From assembly GCF_036588685.1 (NCBI RefSeq), contig NC_086373.1, forward strand, positions 4,774,001 to 4,838,000: a DNA stretch of 64,000 bases, read 5' to 3'. Made by a program: the position numbers and the translations under genes. This DNA comes from Mytilus trossulus (taxonomy: Eukaryota). Numbering within the stretch: position 1 is the stretch's first letter; each line of letters begins with the position of its first letter. Positions 1 to 11,193 of this stretch are shown here, piece by piece. The notes below the pieces were generated by a model. The model saw only the letters and a list, made by a program, of their open reading frames with translations, was not told where the DNA came from and made no database searches.

Positions 1-490
1 ACCGGGACTTCCTTGACCGAGATGAAAGACGTTTCAAATATTCGAAGTTTTTACTGGAACTTTACAAACTATAATTATTATTTATTGTTTATTATTTGTT
101 TTTGCTATAATGAATTTTTGCTAATTAGAATCCTTTCAGAAAAAATGTGAATCATATAAGCCCTGGTCAAAAAGAAAGAGGCGATTTCAAATGACGACAA
201 ATGGCGGATACCATATTATCACAGACGACCTTTCAAAGACCTAATTTAAAAATATATATATATAGCCACATGCATGTGGAAGGAGTGTATAACTTGACGT
301 GCATGTATTTCACTTAAAAATATTTCAACATGCAGATGGGTATTGAAAACTAAATAAATTTATGAATGATTTATTTTCTGTTTTCTTCATTGATAGCTAA
401 ATACAATGAATACTTACATCCAAATAAATTAGTAAAAAAAATATATTGAACCATTATGTTTGGTGGGAATACAAAGTTATACGTAAAAAA

Positions 491-610
491 ATGTCTACAA
501 CACCCGGTATTCCCAGGCGGTCACCCATCCAAGTACTAACCGGGCTCGACGTTGCTTAACTTCGGTGATCGGACGAGAACCGGTGTTTTCAACGTGATAT
601 GGTCGTAGAC
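491..610 (-). rRNA. 5S: 5S rRNA
   Basis: Minus strand reads GTCTACGACCATATCACGTTG...AGTTAAGC (box A)...GGATGGGTGACC (box C)...GTAGACAT, followed by a T-run terminator; TATATA about 25 nt upstream. Confidence 0.98.
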
Positions 611-751
611 ACAGAAGTGTTAAAATTTTTGATATATAAGGTTAGGTAGTAGCGTTTTGGCAAAAATTTATATATAAAAAAAATTTTCAGAAGCAAAATT
701 TTACACTAATTATATGTTTGATAGAAATGCAAAATTATAAGAACACAAAAA

Positions 752-871
752 ATGTCTACAACACCCGGTATTCCCAGGCGGTCACCCATCCAAGTACTAA
801 CCGGGCTCGACGTTGCTTAACTTCGGTGATCGGACGAGAACCGGTGTTTTCAACGTGATATGGTCGTAGAC
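752..871 (-). rRNA. 5S: 5S rRNA
   Basis: Same 120-nt sequence as 491-610. Confidence 0.98.
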
Positions 872-1100
872 ACAGAAGTATTAAAATTTTTGATATATAA
901 AGTTAGGAAGTAGCAATTTTGAACTGATCAAGAATTTGTATAAAAAAAGATTTTTTTTCCAGGTTTAAGATAGCAAAACTAAATATTTACTGCACGATCC
1001 AGAGTGGAAGATAGTAAAACTTAGCAAGTTCACATGGACTTTACAGTAGAAATAAATTGCAGAGAAGAAAGAGAGATTTAGAAAATGGGACAAGCTATAT

Positions 1101-1106
1101 TTTATT
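1101..1106 (-). promoter_or_regulatory. Putative polyadenylation signal AATAAA downstream of the H1 stem-loop (recurs in every unit)
   Basis: tttatt on plus strand, about 50 nt past the stem-loop; AT-rich context lowers specificity. Confidence 0.55.
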
Positions 1107-1156
1107 TGTGACTAATACCATGCAACAATTTCAGATTCTTTTTGAAAAATTTTGGT

Positions 1157-1172
1157 AGCCCTTAAAAGGGCT
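1157..1172 (-). terminator. Histone 3' stem-loop (recurs after every H1)
   Basis: AGCCCT-TTTA-AGGGCT followed by ACCA and a purine-rich AAAAAGAA element (HDE-like). Confidence 0.95.
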
Positions 1173-1205
1173 GTTTAAGCTTTAAAAGCATCATGCTTCC
1201 TTCAT

Positions 1206-1826
1206 TTACTTCTTCTTTGGTGTCTTTGCCTTCTTTGGTTTAGCTGCAGCCTTTGTCTTCTTGGGAGATTTTGTGGCTTTCTTTGCAGATTTGGCAGCAG
1301 GTTTTGCAGCAGGTTTCTTTGCAGCTGGCTTCTTTGCTTTTGGTTTAGCTGCTTTCTTTTCACCTGCTGATTTCTTTTCACCTGCTGGTTTCTTTGCTGC
1401 AGGTTTCTTTGCGGCAGTCTTTTTGGTAGGTGTCTTTGCCTTCTTTGGCTTGGCTGCTTTAGGTTTAACTACTTTCTTTGCTGGTTTCTTAGCTGGTTTA
1501 GCTACTTCCCCAATCTTAAAGCTTCCAGAAGCGCCGGTACCCTTCGACTGTTTCAAGCTATTGCTCTTCACTCCTGATTTCAGAGCTAACTTCAAGTGAG
1601 TGTTGACTGTTTTTGCATCGCTACCAACGCTGAAGTTTGCTAAGATATACTTGAGGATGGCTTGACGGCTGGAGCCTCCACGCTCTTTCAAAGCAGATAT
1701 AGCCTTTCCGACCATCTCGCTGTATTTTGGATGAGTAGCTACTTTCTTTGGTTTAGCTGCAGCTTTCTTCTTTGGTGACTTAGCTGGGGTCTTTACTACT
1801 GGTGCTGTTGCTGGTGCGTCAGACAT
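1206..1826 (-). CDS. H1: Histone H1, 206-aa variant
   Basis: Globular domain HPKYSEMV...RGGSSRQAILKYI...KGTGASGSFK, K/A/P-rich tails, intronless. Confidence 0.98.
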   Translation of the reverse strand: MSDAPATAPVVKTPAKSPKKKAAAKPKKVATHPKYSEMVGKAISALKERGGSSRQAILKYILANFSVGSDAKTVNTHLKLALKSGVKSNSLKQSKGTGASGSFKIGEVAKPAKKPAKKVVKPKAAKPKKAKTPTKKTAAKKPAAKKPAGEKKSAGEKKAAKPKAKKPAAKKPAAKPAAKSAKKATKSPKKTKAAAKPKKAKTPKKK

Positions 1827-1857
1827 TTTGCGGCTTTGGTTGTTGAACGATGTGTGC

Positions 1858-1997
1858 GAATGAACGACAGATTACAATGATATGCAAAATTCACTGACAG
1901 TGTGTAATTATCAAACTAACGCGGACCTCGACGAGAGCACCCTTAAACTTTCATGACAATCTAATTCAAACAGATCGACAAGAAAATCTGTGTGCTT
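1858..1997 (-). promoter_or_regulatory. H1 promoter: Inr-like TCATTC (1858-1863) and TCATTG (1875-1880), TATA-like GATAATTA (1905-1912), H4-box-like GGTCCG (1922-1927), H1-box-like AAGCACACA (1989-1997); includes the empty LINE target 1875-1891
   Basis: Motif resemblance and spacing upstream of the ATG; not experimentally mapped. Confidence 0.6.
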
Positions 1998-2852
1998 GTT
2001 CGACAAGTTTTAATCATTTGTTTCAAATAAATTGTACTTTTTGTTATATAACTGATACACGAAAATTTTCAGCAGGAATTTATCTTTCAGAATATGTCAT
2101 AAGAATTAAACAAAATACCACGAGTGAAGAAATATTTACGATTAATGTACAACTTGTCAATTTCACTCGTGCGATTCTTCATCAGAAAACGTGTTGTATT
2201 ATTTCACAAAAACTAGATTGTGCCGTAAAAATGATATAAATTTGTAGTAAAATCATTTCTTTATATGTTTTTGCTTTCAGATATACACAGAAATAAAGAG
2301 ACTTCCCAGAAATTTAGATTTTGCCTTCGATATGAAAGCACACAAAGATGGCAAACTTCGAAACCGGGACTTCCTTGACCGAGATGAAAGACGTTTCAAA
2401 TATTCGAAGTTTTTACTGTAACTTTACAAACTATAATTATTATTTATTGTTTATTATTTGTTTTTGCTATAATGAATTTTTGCTAATTAGAATCCTTTCA
2501 GAAAAAATGTGAATCATATAAGCCCTGGTCAAAAAGAAAGAGGCGATTTCAAATGACGACAAATGGCGGATACCATATTATCACAGACGACCTTTCAAAG
2601 ACCTAATTTAAAAATATATATATATAGCCACATGCATGTGGAAGGAGTGTATAACTTGACGTGCATGTATTTCACTTAAAAATATTTCAACATGCAGATG
2701 GGTATTGAAAACTAAATAAATTTATGAATGATTTATTTTCTGTTTTCTTCATTGATAGCTAAATACAATGAATACTTACATCCAAATAAATTAGTAAAAA
2801 AAATATATTGAACCATTATGTTTGGTGGGAATACAAAGTTATACGTAAAAAA

Positions 2853-2972
2853 ATGTCTACAACACCCGGTATTCCCAGGCGGTCACCCATCCAAGTACTA
2901 ACCGGGCTCGACGTTGCTTAACTTCGGTGATCGGACGAGAACCGGTGTTTTCAACGTGATATGGTCGTAGAC
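2853..2972 (-). rRNA. 5S: 5S rRNA
   Basis: Same 120-nt sequence. Confidence 0.98.
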
Positions 2973-3113
2973 ACAGAAGTGTTAAAATTTTTGATATATA
3001 AGGTTAGGTAGTAGCGTTTTGGCAAAAATTTATATATAAAAAAAAATTTCAGAAGCAAAATTTTACACTAATTATATGTTTGATAGAAATGCAAAATTAT
3101 AAGAACACAAAAA

Positions 3114-3233
3114 ATGTCTACAACACCCGGTATTCCCAGGCGGTCACCCATCCAAGTACTAACCGGGCTCGACGTTGCTTAACTTCGGTGATCGGACGAG
3201 AACCGGTGTTTTCAACGTGATATGGTCGTAGAC
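3114..3233 (-). rRNA. 5S: 5S rRNA
   Basis: Same 120-nt sequence. Confidence 0.98.
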
Positions 3234-3567
3234 ACAGAAGTATTAAAATTTTTGATATATAAAGTTAGGAAGTAGCAATTTTGAACTGATCAAGAATTTG
3301 TATAAAAAAAGATTTTTTTTCCAGGTTTAAGATAGCAAAACTAAATATTTACTGCACGATCCAGAGTGGAAGATAGTAAAACTTAGCAAGTTCACATGGA
3401 CTTTACAGTAGAAATAAATTGCAGAGAAGAAAGAGAGATTTAGAAAATGGGACAAGCTATATTTTATTTGTGACTAATACCATGCAACAATTTCAGATTC
3501 TTTTTGAAAAATTTTGGTAGCCCTTAAAAGGGCTGTTTAAGCTTTAAAAGCATCATGCTTCCTTCAT

Positions 3568-4188
3568 TTACTTCTTCTTTGGTGTCTTTGCCTTCTTTGG
3601 TTTAGCTGCAGCCTTTGTCTTCTTGGGAGATTTTGTGGCTTTCTTTGCAGATTTGGCAGCAGGTTTTGCAGCAGGTTTCTTTGCAGCTGGCTTCTTTGCT
3701 TTTGGTTTAGCTGCTTTCTTTTCACCTGCTGATTTCTTTTCACCTGCTGGTTTCTTTGCTGCAGGTTTCTTTGCGGCAGTCTTTTTGGTAGGTGTCTTTG
3801 CCTTCTTTGGCTTGGCTGCTTTAGGTTTAACTACTTTCTTTGCTGGTTTCTTAGCTGGTTTAGCTACTTCCCCAATCTTAAAGCTTCCAGAAGCGCCGGT
3901 ACCCTTCGACTGTTTCAAGCTATTGCTCTTCACTCCTGATTTCAGAGCTAACTTCAAGTGAGTGTTGACTGTTTTTGCATCGCTACCAACGCTGAAGTTT
4001 GCTAAGATATACTTGAGGATGGCTTGACGGCTGGAGCCTCCACGCTCTTTCAAAGCAGATATAGCCTTTCCGACCATCTCGCTGTATTTTGGATGAGTAG
4101 CTACTTTCTTTGGTTTAGCTGCAGCTTTCTTCTTTGGTGACTTAGCTGGGGTCTTTACTACTGGTGCTGTTGCTGGTGCGTCAGACAT
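3568..4188 (-). CDS. H1: Histone H1, 206-aa variant (separated from its promoter by a LINE)
   Basis: Protein identical to 1206-1826. Confidence 0.97.
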   Translation of the reverse strand: MSDAPATAPVVKTPAKSPKKKAAAKPKKVATHPKYSEMVGKAISALKERGGSSRQAILKYILANFSVGSDAKTVNTHLKLALKSGVKSNSLKQSKGTGASGSFKIGEVAKPAKKPAKKVVKPKAAKPKKAKTPTKKTAAKKPAAKKPAGEKKSAGEKKAAKPKAKKPAAKKPAAKPAAKSAKKATKSPKKTKAAAKPKKAKTPKKK

Positions 4189-5250
4189 TTTGCGGCTTTG
4201 GTTGTTGAACGATGTGTGCGAATGAACGACAGATTACAATGATATGCAAAATTATTATTATTATTATTATTGATGTTTTGGGAGGCGACTTTCCTGCTGT
4301 GGAACTTGCGCCCTAATTTCACTTATCGTTACTGTTTTTTGAAGAAACTTAGTGTTTCGTGTTTTGTTCACTACACGTGAGTTCTTAAGTTGTGAGTTTT
4401 TTTTTTGTTCTTTTTTTTTTTCTAAGTCTTTAATGTATTGTGGTTTGACTTTTGTAGAATTCTGTAGATTTCTTTTTTAAATATTTATTTTGTCGTTCAA
4501 ACTTTTGTTTCGTTGCATGGCTAATTACTTAGATTGCTTTGATTTGTATGGTAGTAACAGCTAATTAATATACATGAGTGTATAAAATGAATCTGAATGT
4601 CCATCGCTGAAGATAGAGATTAGATAATGCTTCCCGATAGCCCGGTGTCAATTATTTAATGAAAAATTGCCAAATATATGTATGCGCCAGGTAAAAAAAG
4701 ACTGTCGCATACTTATGTCACCTACATTGGGATTAATAAAAGAATTAAAATATATGTTAAATCCCCTAGATACCAATTAAAGAGACCAGTTTGAGTTATG
4801 GTCCCCTTGTTCAGTGAGGATTGTCGTGGTCTGTGTATTGACCCCGACTGCCCTCACTGACCATGAGACCACCGAATAATCAATCTGGTAATTAAATTTT
4901 GAACTGTAACCCACTATTGACACCGTGACTACGGGAACTACTACTACCATACTGTTTGGACCCAGAGATTGGCGTCCTGTGGCCAATGAGGCATAGTGTG
5001 TGCAACTTTGCAGTATAATGTATAATGAAAGATACATGTGCGACCAGCAGTATTATTTTCATTTGTTATGCAGCATTTTAATTTTAAAATCTAAAATAAG
5101 TTTAACAAACATTTTATCCATTAACAAATTTTCTTTTTTTTTTTTGTGGGGACAGATCTCAATGAGTTCTCCCTAATATAGGTAGACCCCAATTATTTTA
5201 TGTAAAAGATAAAATCCATTTCCTGTACAAGTATTATAAAAGTAATACTT

Positions 5251-8200
5251 TTAAAGTATCATTCTATTCGTGCTCTTTACGTATGTATCAATTGGTAAAA
5301 AATTATATCCTGTTAGGATATTTTTTAATTGAAAGTTCTGTATTTGTAACTTTCTTAAACTGTCAAATAAAATAGATCGTTCTGTGTTATATAATTTGCA
5401 GTGTAATAAGAAATGTTCAACTGTTTCTTCAACACGACACTCCTCACACAATTTAGTGTCAGATATGCCTATTTTATAAAGATGTTTGTTCAATGGTATA
5501 TAACCAGTTCTTAATTTAAAAATCAGTCTTTCTTTGTATCTGGACATTTTTGGTATTTTTATGTCAAAATTAATTTTTGGACTTATTTGATACAATGCTC
5601 TATCTTTCTCTTTATCCCATTCTTCTTGCCACATTTTTTTCATTAAATTTTTACACAATGTTTTAAAATCATCTTTGAACAACGGTACAAAGATATAAAT
5701 ATTTTGAAAACTTAATGCCTGTTTAGCATGAAAATCAGCCAACTCATTGCCTTGTATTCCTACATGACTTGGTATCCATTCAAAAATTATATTTGTACCT
5801 GAATGATACAATGATCTTAGTAAAAAATGAATGTCAAGTAAGAATTGATTTCTTATCTTGTTTAAAGGTATTTTCAGTGCTTGAAGCGCTGATAGAGAGT
5901 CTACAAAAATCACAACGTTAAAAGGTAAAAAGTCTTGTAACCATGATATACATAAATAAATTGCTGTCAATTCACACATAAAAATAGAAAGGTGATTGTT
6001 CAGCTTAAATCCCTTATTGATTTTTAACTCTGGAATGACAAAGGCACAACCGGCATTGCTATTTGGATCTTTTGACCCATCAGTGAATATTTTTAAATGG
6101 TGTTTATATTGAGTATCTATCATGATATTGGCTTCACTTTTAATTAAATGTGGTAAATCCTTTTTAGAAATGTAATCTTTTAAATACGTGTTTACTATAG
6201 GTACTGTAAAATGCCATGGGGGGATTGGACTTTCTCTATATATAACTACATTATTTTCTGAAAAATTATTTCCTTTTAGAGTATCTTTTGCAATTAATGT
6301 AAATGGTTTACGTTTAACAGTTTTACTATAAAATTCAAAAGTAGCAGTATCTTGAATTGATTTTTTGGCTGGATGGTTGTTTTCGAAAGTAGAAATATTT
6401 AAAAATGATTTTGTTATTAACGCTTTTCTTCTGATTTCGTAAGGAGGGTCTCCCATTTCCACCTGAAGTGCTTTTAATGAAGCTGACTTCATAGAACCTG
6501 TACATAAACGTAGAGATTGTGTTTGTACCTTATCTAAAATTTTCTTAATAGATGCAGAGGCTGTATTGTAAACCTCACAACCATAGTCAATTTTTGATCT
6601 TATTAAAGCAATATAAATTTTTCTTAGTGTATATAACTTGTTGCTCCCCATTTCGTTCCCGTTAAAAGTTTCATACAGTTTAAAATTTTTGTACATCTTG
6701 TATTAATATACTGAACATGACTATTCCAAGTAAGATATCTATCAAAAATAATTCCAAGAAATTTAACTTCTTTAACAACTTCTAAAATGTGATTTCCTAT
6801 TTTTAATATAATATTATTACAATTTGATTTCCTAGCAAAAATAACTGTGACTGTTTTTGAAGGTGAAAGTAAAAAACCCCAATTTGAGCACCATTTGCTT
6901 ATACTATTCAAGTCTTCTTGAATTTTTTTTTGTAAAAATTTTAATGATGGTCCAGATTTCCAAATTGCCCCATCATCTGCAAATTGTGACATTTCACAAT
7001 TTTTTAAACAGTCTGACATGTCATTAACCATAATATTAAAAAGCGTTGGACTTATACAACTTCCCTGGGGGGTACCATTTTCTAAAACAAAAATATCTGA
7101 AAAAGGGTTGTTTATCTTAACCTGCAATACTCTATCTGAGAGAAAATTATTAACATAAGCAAGCCTTTAAGACCCATTTTTTTCATTTTTTTTAATAAAC
7201 CATGTTTCCATAGCATATCGAAAGCTTTTTGGAAATCAATAAATATTCCAACTTATATGTGTTTTTTAGCAAAAGATTTCTGTATTGCATTTTTTAGACG
7301 TATACATTGCTGTATCGTACTTTTATTTTTTCTATAACCGTTTTGATTCGGGTTAAATATATTATTTTTTTCCAGAAACCACGTTAATCTGTTGTTAACC
7401 ATTTTTCCATTGTCTTATTAAAATTAGAAGTTAATGCAATAGGTCTATATGATAATGGATCACTAAGATCTTTACCATGTTTAAAACTAGGAATAATTGT
7501 TGAATGTTTCCATTCCTTTGGAAGTTCTTGTAACATCCAAATTTTATTAATAAATAGTAAAAATATGCAAGGTTTTATTAGATAAATGGCGAAACATACT
7601 ATAAGTTGTTCTATCCTTTCCCGGCGAGCTATCATTAGGGAGCTACCATTTGATTTTTATGGGGGGGGGGGGAGGGGGCTAGGATGAAAATTTTTGTCCT
7701 GCTTTTTTTTTTTAGTTGTAATCTCTGTCCTGCCTTTTTATTTTTTACTCTATTCGGTCCTGCCTTTTTTTTTACTAGTTTATCCTGACTTTTTTTTTAC
7801 ACAAATTGTCATCCTGCCTTTTTTTTACCAAGTTGCTCATCCTGCCTTTTTTTTTTACTCAAAACTCCTGTCCTGCCTATTTTTTTCAAATTTCATCCTA
7901 GCCCCCCCATAAAAATCAAATGGTAGCTCCCTTAGTATCAGCTATTGCATCTTTAAATTCTTGCAATGTAAATTTTTCATTAAAACAATCTGTATTAATT
8001 TTGTAATATTCAATAAAATCATTTGTCTCTTCTTTTTCTGTTTTAGTCTTTAATTCTTTGAAGTCGTTATTGTAATTTGATGTACTACTGACTTTGCAGT
8101 AATTTTCTGCAAATACGTTTGCTTTTTCTTTCGTATCTGTAATAAATCTATTAAAATATTTCAGAATAGGAATGTTTGTCCTAGTACTTATCTTCCCTAA

Positions 8201-9342
8201 CATCTTTTTTACATTATGCCGTAGATCTGAAATGTTATTATTACAATTGAGACTAGTACAGTAATTTGACCAATGGTTGTCCTGTGTATCTTTTAATACT
8301 TTTTTACAAAATCTTTATCTTTATAAATTTTAAAATCATTGCCATTTCCAGTATGTCTTGCTCTATTTCTAGCTTTGTTTCTAGCTTTTATAGCTGAAGT
8401 ACATTCCTTTGTCCACCAAGGAACACAAGGTTTGTTTGTTTTATGAAATTTCTTAATAGGAATATGGGTACATGCTATATTAATCAATTCAGTGGTTAAT
8501 GTATTGTTAGTTTGCTGTATATCATCTGTAATTAAATTCTCTGTAAATTTAATGTCACATCTCTTAAAATTCCATTTAGGGGAGAAATCACTGTTGTAAT
8601 CACCAATATATATATTAGAATCAATGTACACACAAAAGTGATCACTTCCAAAGGTGGAATGTTGATCTACCAACCAATTAATTTTTTGTCCAATATTAGG
8701 ACTACAAAAAGTCAGATCTAAACATGATGTTTCTAAATTAATCGGATTCAGTCTAGTTCCTGATCCTTCGTTTAAAAGACATATATTATTATCTTGAATA
8801 CACTTAAAAAGTTCTCTACCTTTAGTATCGATTCTTTTCCCCCATAATGTATGGTGAGCATTAAAGTCACCACATAATATGTATTCTGTTGTAATTTGAC
8901 TAAGAAGAGTATCATAGTCTTCATATTTAGTGTCTAATTTAGGGTCATATAAATTAAGTATCAGTAATTTCTTACTATTATGTATAATATAAATTGCAGA
9001 AGTTTCAAATGTACTCTGAAAATCAACTGTACTATAGTTAATATATTGTTTAACATAAATGGCTGTTCCACCTCTGTTAACACCTCGACTTGAGAATGTT
9101 GCGAGTGTGTAACCTGGTATTTCAGGGTAATCTTTTTAGAGATTACAAAAAGTTTCTTGAAAACATAAAATATTTGGCGTATCTTTAATATTGTTTAAGT
9201 GCCATATAAACTCCGGTATGTGTGACCGAATTCCCTGACAGTTCCAATGTGCCAAACTAAGTTGTAAAGCCATGAGTATGATTAAAGTATACATTATAAT
9301 TGACATGAATGTAAATAGTATATATTTCATTATTAAATACAA
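5251..9342 (-). pseudogene. LINE ORF2 (APE-RT-RNase H), broken by frameshifts, deletions and a MITE
   Basis: Fragments match the 1277-aa ORF at 23606-27439 (YRPIALTS, NGTPQGS, FADD, FTDGSK, WIPSHVGIQGNE). Confidence 0.93.
7638..7931. mobile_element. MITE, 294 bp, PIF/Harbinger (Tourist)-like
   Basis: TIR GGGAGCTACCATTTGATTTTTATGGGG / CCCCATAAAAATCAAATGGTAGCTCCC; TTA TSD at 7635-7637 and 7932-7934; empty site (atcattagtatc) in LINE copies 2 and 3. Confidence 0.93.
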
Positions 9343-9356
9343 GTATAAATAAAAAC

Positions 9357-10616
9357 TTAGTTTATTAATGTAAGTTTATCTAGTATATATTCTTGGTTAA
9401 CGTGTACACCAAGCAATTCTAATACCATGTCAGCTACAACACTGACTTTTTGTTCATTATCAGATAATGTTGGAACCTGTATTGCTGTCATAATTATTAA
9501 GAGAATAAAATTGTCAAACTCTGTGAGCTGTTGAAATAAGCCCTTTGTTAGAGAAATCTTTTCATGCTCTTTAGGAAGTTTTTCCTTTTTACCCTGTAAA
9601 GGATTTTGTTTTGACTCTTTAAGAACATGTGTTCTTGCTTCTTTAACTGAGCATTTTTCTTTACACACTCTTTTTATTATTTTTTCATTTTGTATTTTCT
9701 TTGGGCAATCTTTACTCGTAGCTGGGTGGTCACCGTTGCAATTTGCACATTTAGCCTTAACTTTACACTCCCTATCTTTATGGTCTTCCCCACACCTTAC
9801 ACATTTTACACTATTTCTACATTCTCTTTGCATATGTCCAAAACCCTGACATTTAAAACATTGAGTTGGTTTTGGAACAAAGAGTTTTGTTTTGTGACTC
9901 TTAAAACCTATCAACACTCTGGGTGGTAACTCTGTTGTGTTAAAAAACAGTTTTAGAGTTTTTGACGGAACCCTAGTTTTAGTATTAATGTCATAATATG
10001 TTAGTCTCTGAAATCGACTGACCTGTTGTTTCTCTAGAATGTCCTGTAAATCTGATTCTTCTATATCAAGTGAAACATTGTAAATACAACCTATAGTAGT
10101 GTTCAGCGATTTAGGCTGAAACACATTTACTGACCATTGTCCTAGATGTGTAAGTTTGGACAATTGATTGAACTGGTGTTTATCAAAACAAACAACCATT
10201 AAATGACCAGTTCTTGTTGCCCCGAGCTCTTTTACAATACCTACAGAAGAACTCATTAGTTTTTGTATTTGTATTGGATTTTTTAATCCAAGTTTTTCGT
10301 CTCTATTAGAAACTATTAACACATATTTTTTAGGCTGTTTTGGACTATTAATTAGTCTTTTAACGGGGGCCCTTTTTACAGTATCCTGTAACACACTACT
10401 ATAAGAGTCGTGTTGTTGACTGTTAACACGTTTCCTTTTACTTTTTTGATATTGCCATGGGTCTTGGCCAATATCTGATTCACTCTCTAATTCTGATGTT
10501 TCTGAACCTGTATCCATATCAATTAAATTTTGGGACATATAAGTTCTGTCCATAACTTTTTCATGGAGACCATCAATAAATCGTTCTATCACAGTAATGT
10601 CTTCTGAATCAGACAT
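9357..10616 (-). CDS. LINE ORF1, gag-like nucleic-acid-binding protein (intact, 419 aa)
   Basis: Three CCHC knuckles: CFKCQGFGHMQREC, CVRCGEDHKDREC, CANCNGDHPATSKDC. Confidence 0.92.
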   Translation of the reverse strand: MSDSEDITVIERFIDGLHEKVMDRTYMSQNLIDMDTGSETSELESESDIGQDPWQYQKSKRKRVNSQQHDSYSSVLQDTVKRAPVKRLINSPKQPKKYVLIVSNRDEKLGLKNPIQIQKLMSSSVGIVKELGATRTGHLMVVCFDKHQFNQLSKLTHLGQWSVNVFQPKSLNTTIGCIYNVSLDIEESDLQDILEKQQVSRFQRLTYYDINTKTRVPSKTLKLFFNTTELPPRVLIGFKSHKTKLFVPKPTQCFKCQGFGHMQRECRNSVKCVRCGEDHKDRECKVKAKCANCNGDHPATSKDCPKKIQNEKIIKRVCKEKCSVKEARTHVLKESKQNPLQGKKEKLPKEHEKISLTKGLFQQLTEFDNFILLIIMTAIQVPTLSDNEQKVSVVADMVLELLGVHVNQEYILDKLTLIN

Positions 10617-10894
10617 ACTTAAATTACCAAACTACTACTCCCTATTGGAGAAGAAGCGTGACTAAATATATATAAACAAAAAAAAAAATAGTAGAAAATT
10701 TTCTGAACCTAAGTTTACACAACCTGCATATAAATATCTTAATGTAATATCTAAATAAATAGCTGAAATATCTGAAATATCAATGCCTGTACATTAAGTA
10801 AGAAACTAAGTTTACATATAAATAACAATCAGTGCTCAGTAACTAAATGCATGTGTGTGACACCATTGGACTCACTACCAATGATATGCAAAAA

Positions 10895-11193
10895 TTATTA
10901 TTATTATTATTGATGTTTTGGGAGGCGACTTTCCTGCTATGGAACTTGCGCCCTAATTTCACTTATCGTTACTGTTTTTGAAGAATAAAAAAAAAACTTA
11001 GTGTTTCGTGTTTTGTTCACTACACGTGAGTTCTTAAGTTGTGAGTTTTTTCTTTTTTGTTCTTTTTTTTTTTTCCAAGTCTTTAATGTATTGTGGTTTT
11101 ACTTTTGTAAAATTCTGTAGATTTTTAAAATATTTATTTTGTCGTTCAAACTTTTGTTTCGTTGCATGGCTAATTACATAGATTGCTTTGATT
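10895..11193 (-). mobile_element. 5'-truncated (~300 bp) copy of the same LINE, in tandem at the same target
   Basis: (TAA)n tail plus 3'-UTR; followed by its own shorter target copy TGATATGCAAAAA at 11194-11206. Confidence 0.93.

Larger units (their letters stand above)
4252..10878 (-). mobile_element. I/Nimb-type non-LTR retrotransposon, full-length copy 1 (ORF2 decayed, MITE inserted)
   Basis: (TAA)n tail from 4252; target copies at 4237-4253 and 10879-10895; ORF1 plus APE/RT/RNase H fragments. Confidence 0.95.

Noticed and set aside
266-279. 14-bp palindrome CCACATGCATGTGG in the spacer
   Set aside because: Outer bases are mutated in many units and there is no other support for function.
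491-871. Paired 120-bp direct repeats that could suggest LTRs or a CRISPR-like array
   Set aside because: They are canonical 5S rRNA genes with internal promoter boxes and T-run terminators.
1261-1599. 106-112 aa hydrophobic plus-strand ORF repeated in each unit
   Set aside because: It is the antisense shadow of the Lys/Ala/Pro codons of H1 and starts at TTG.
9690-9929. Short plus-strand ORFs antisense to the LINE ORFs (also 16702, 16899, 32423-34786)
   Set aside because: Antisense by-products of long coding frames, with no motifs.
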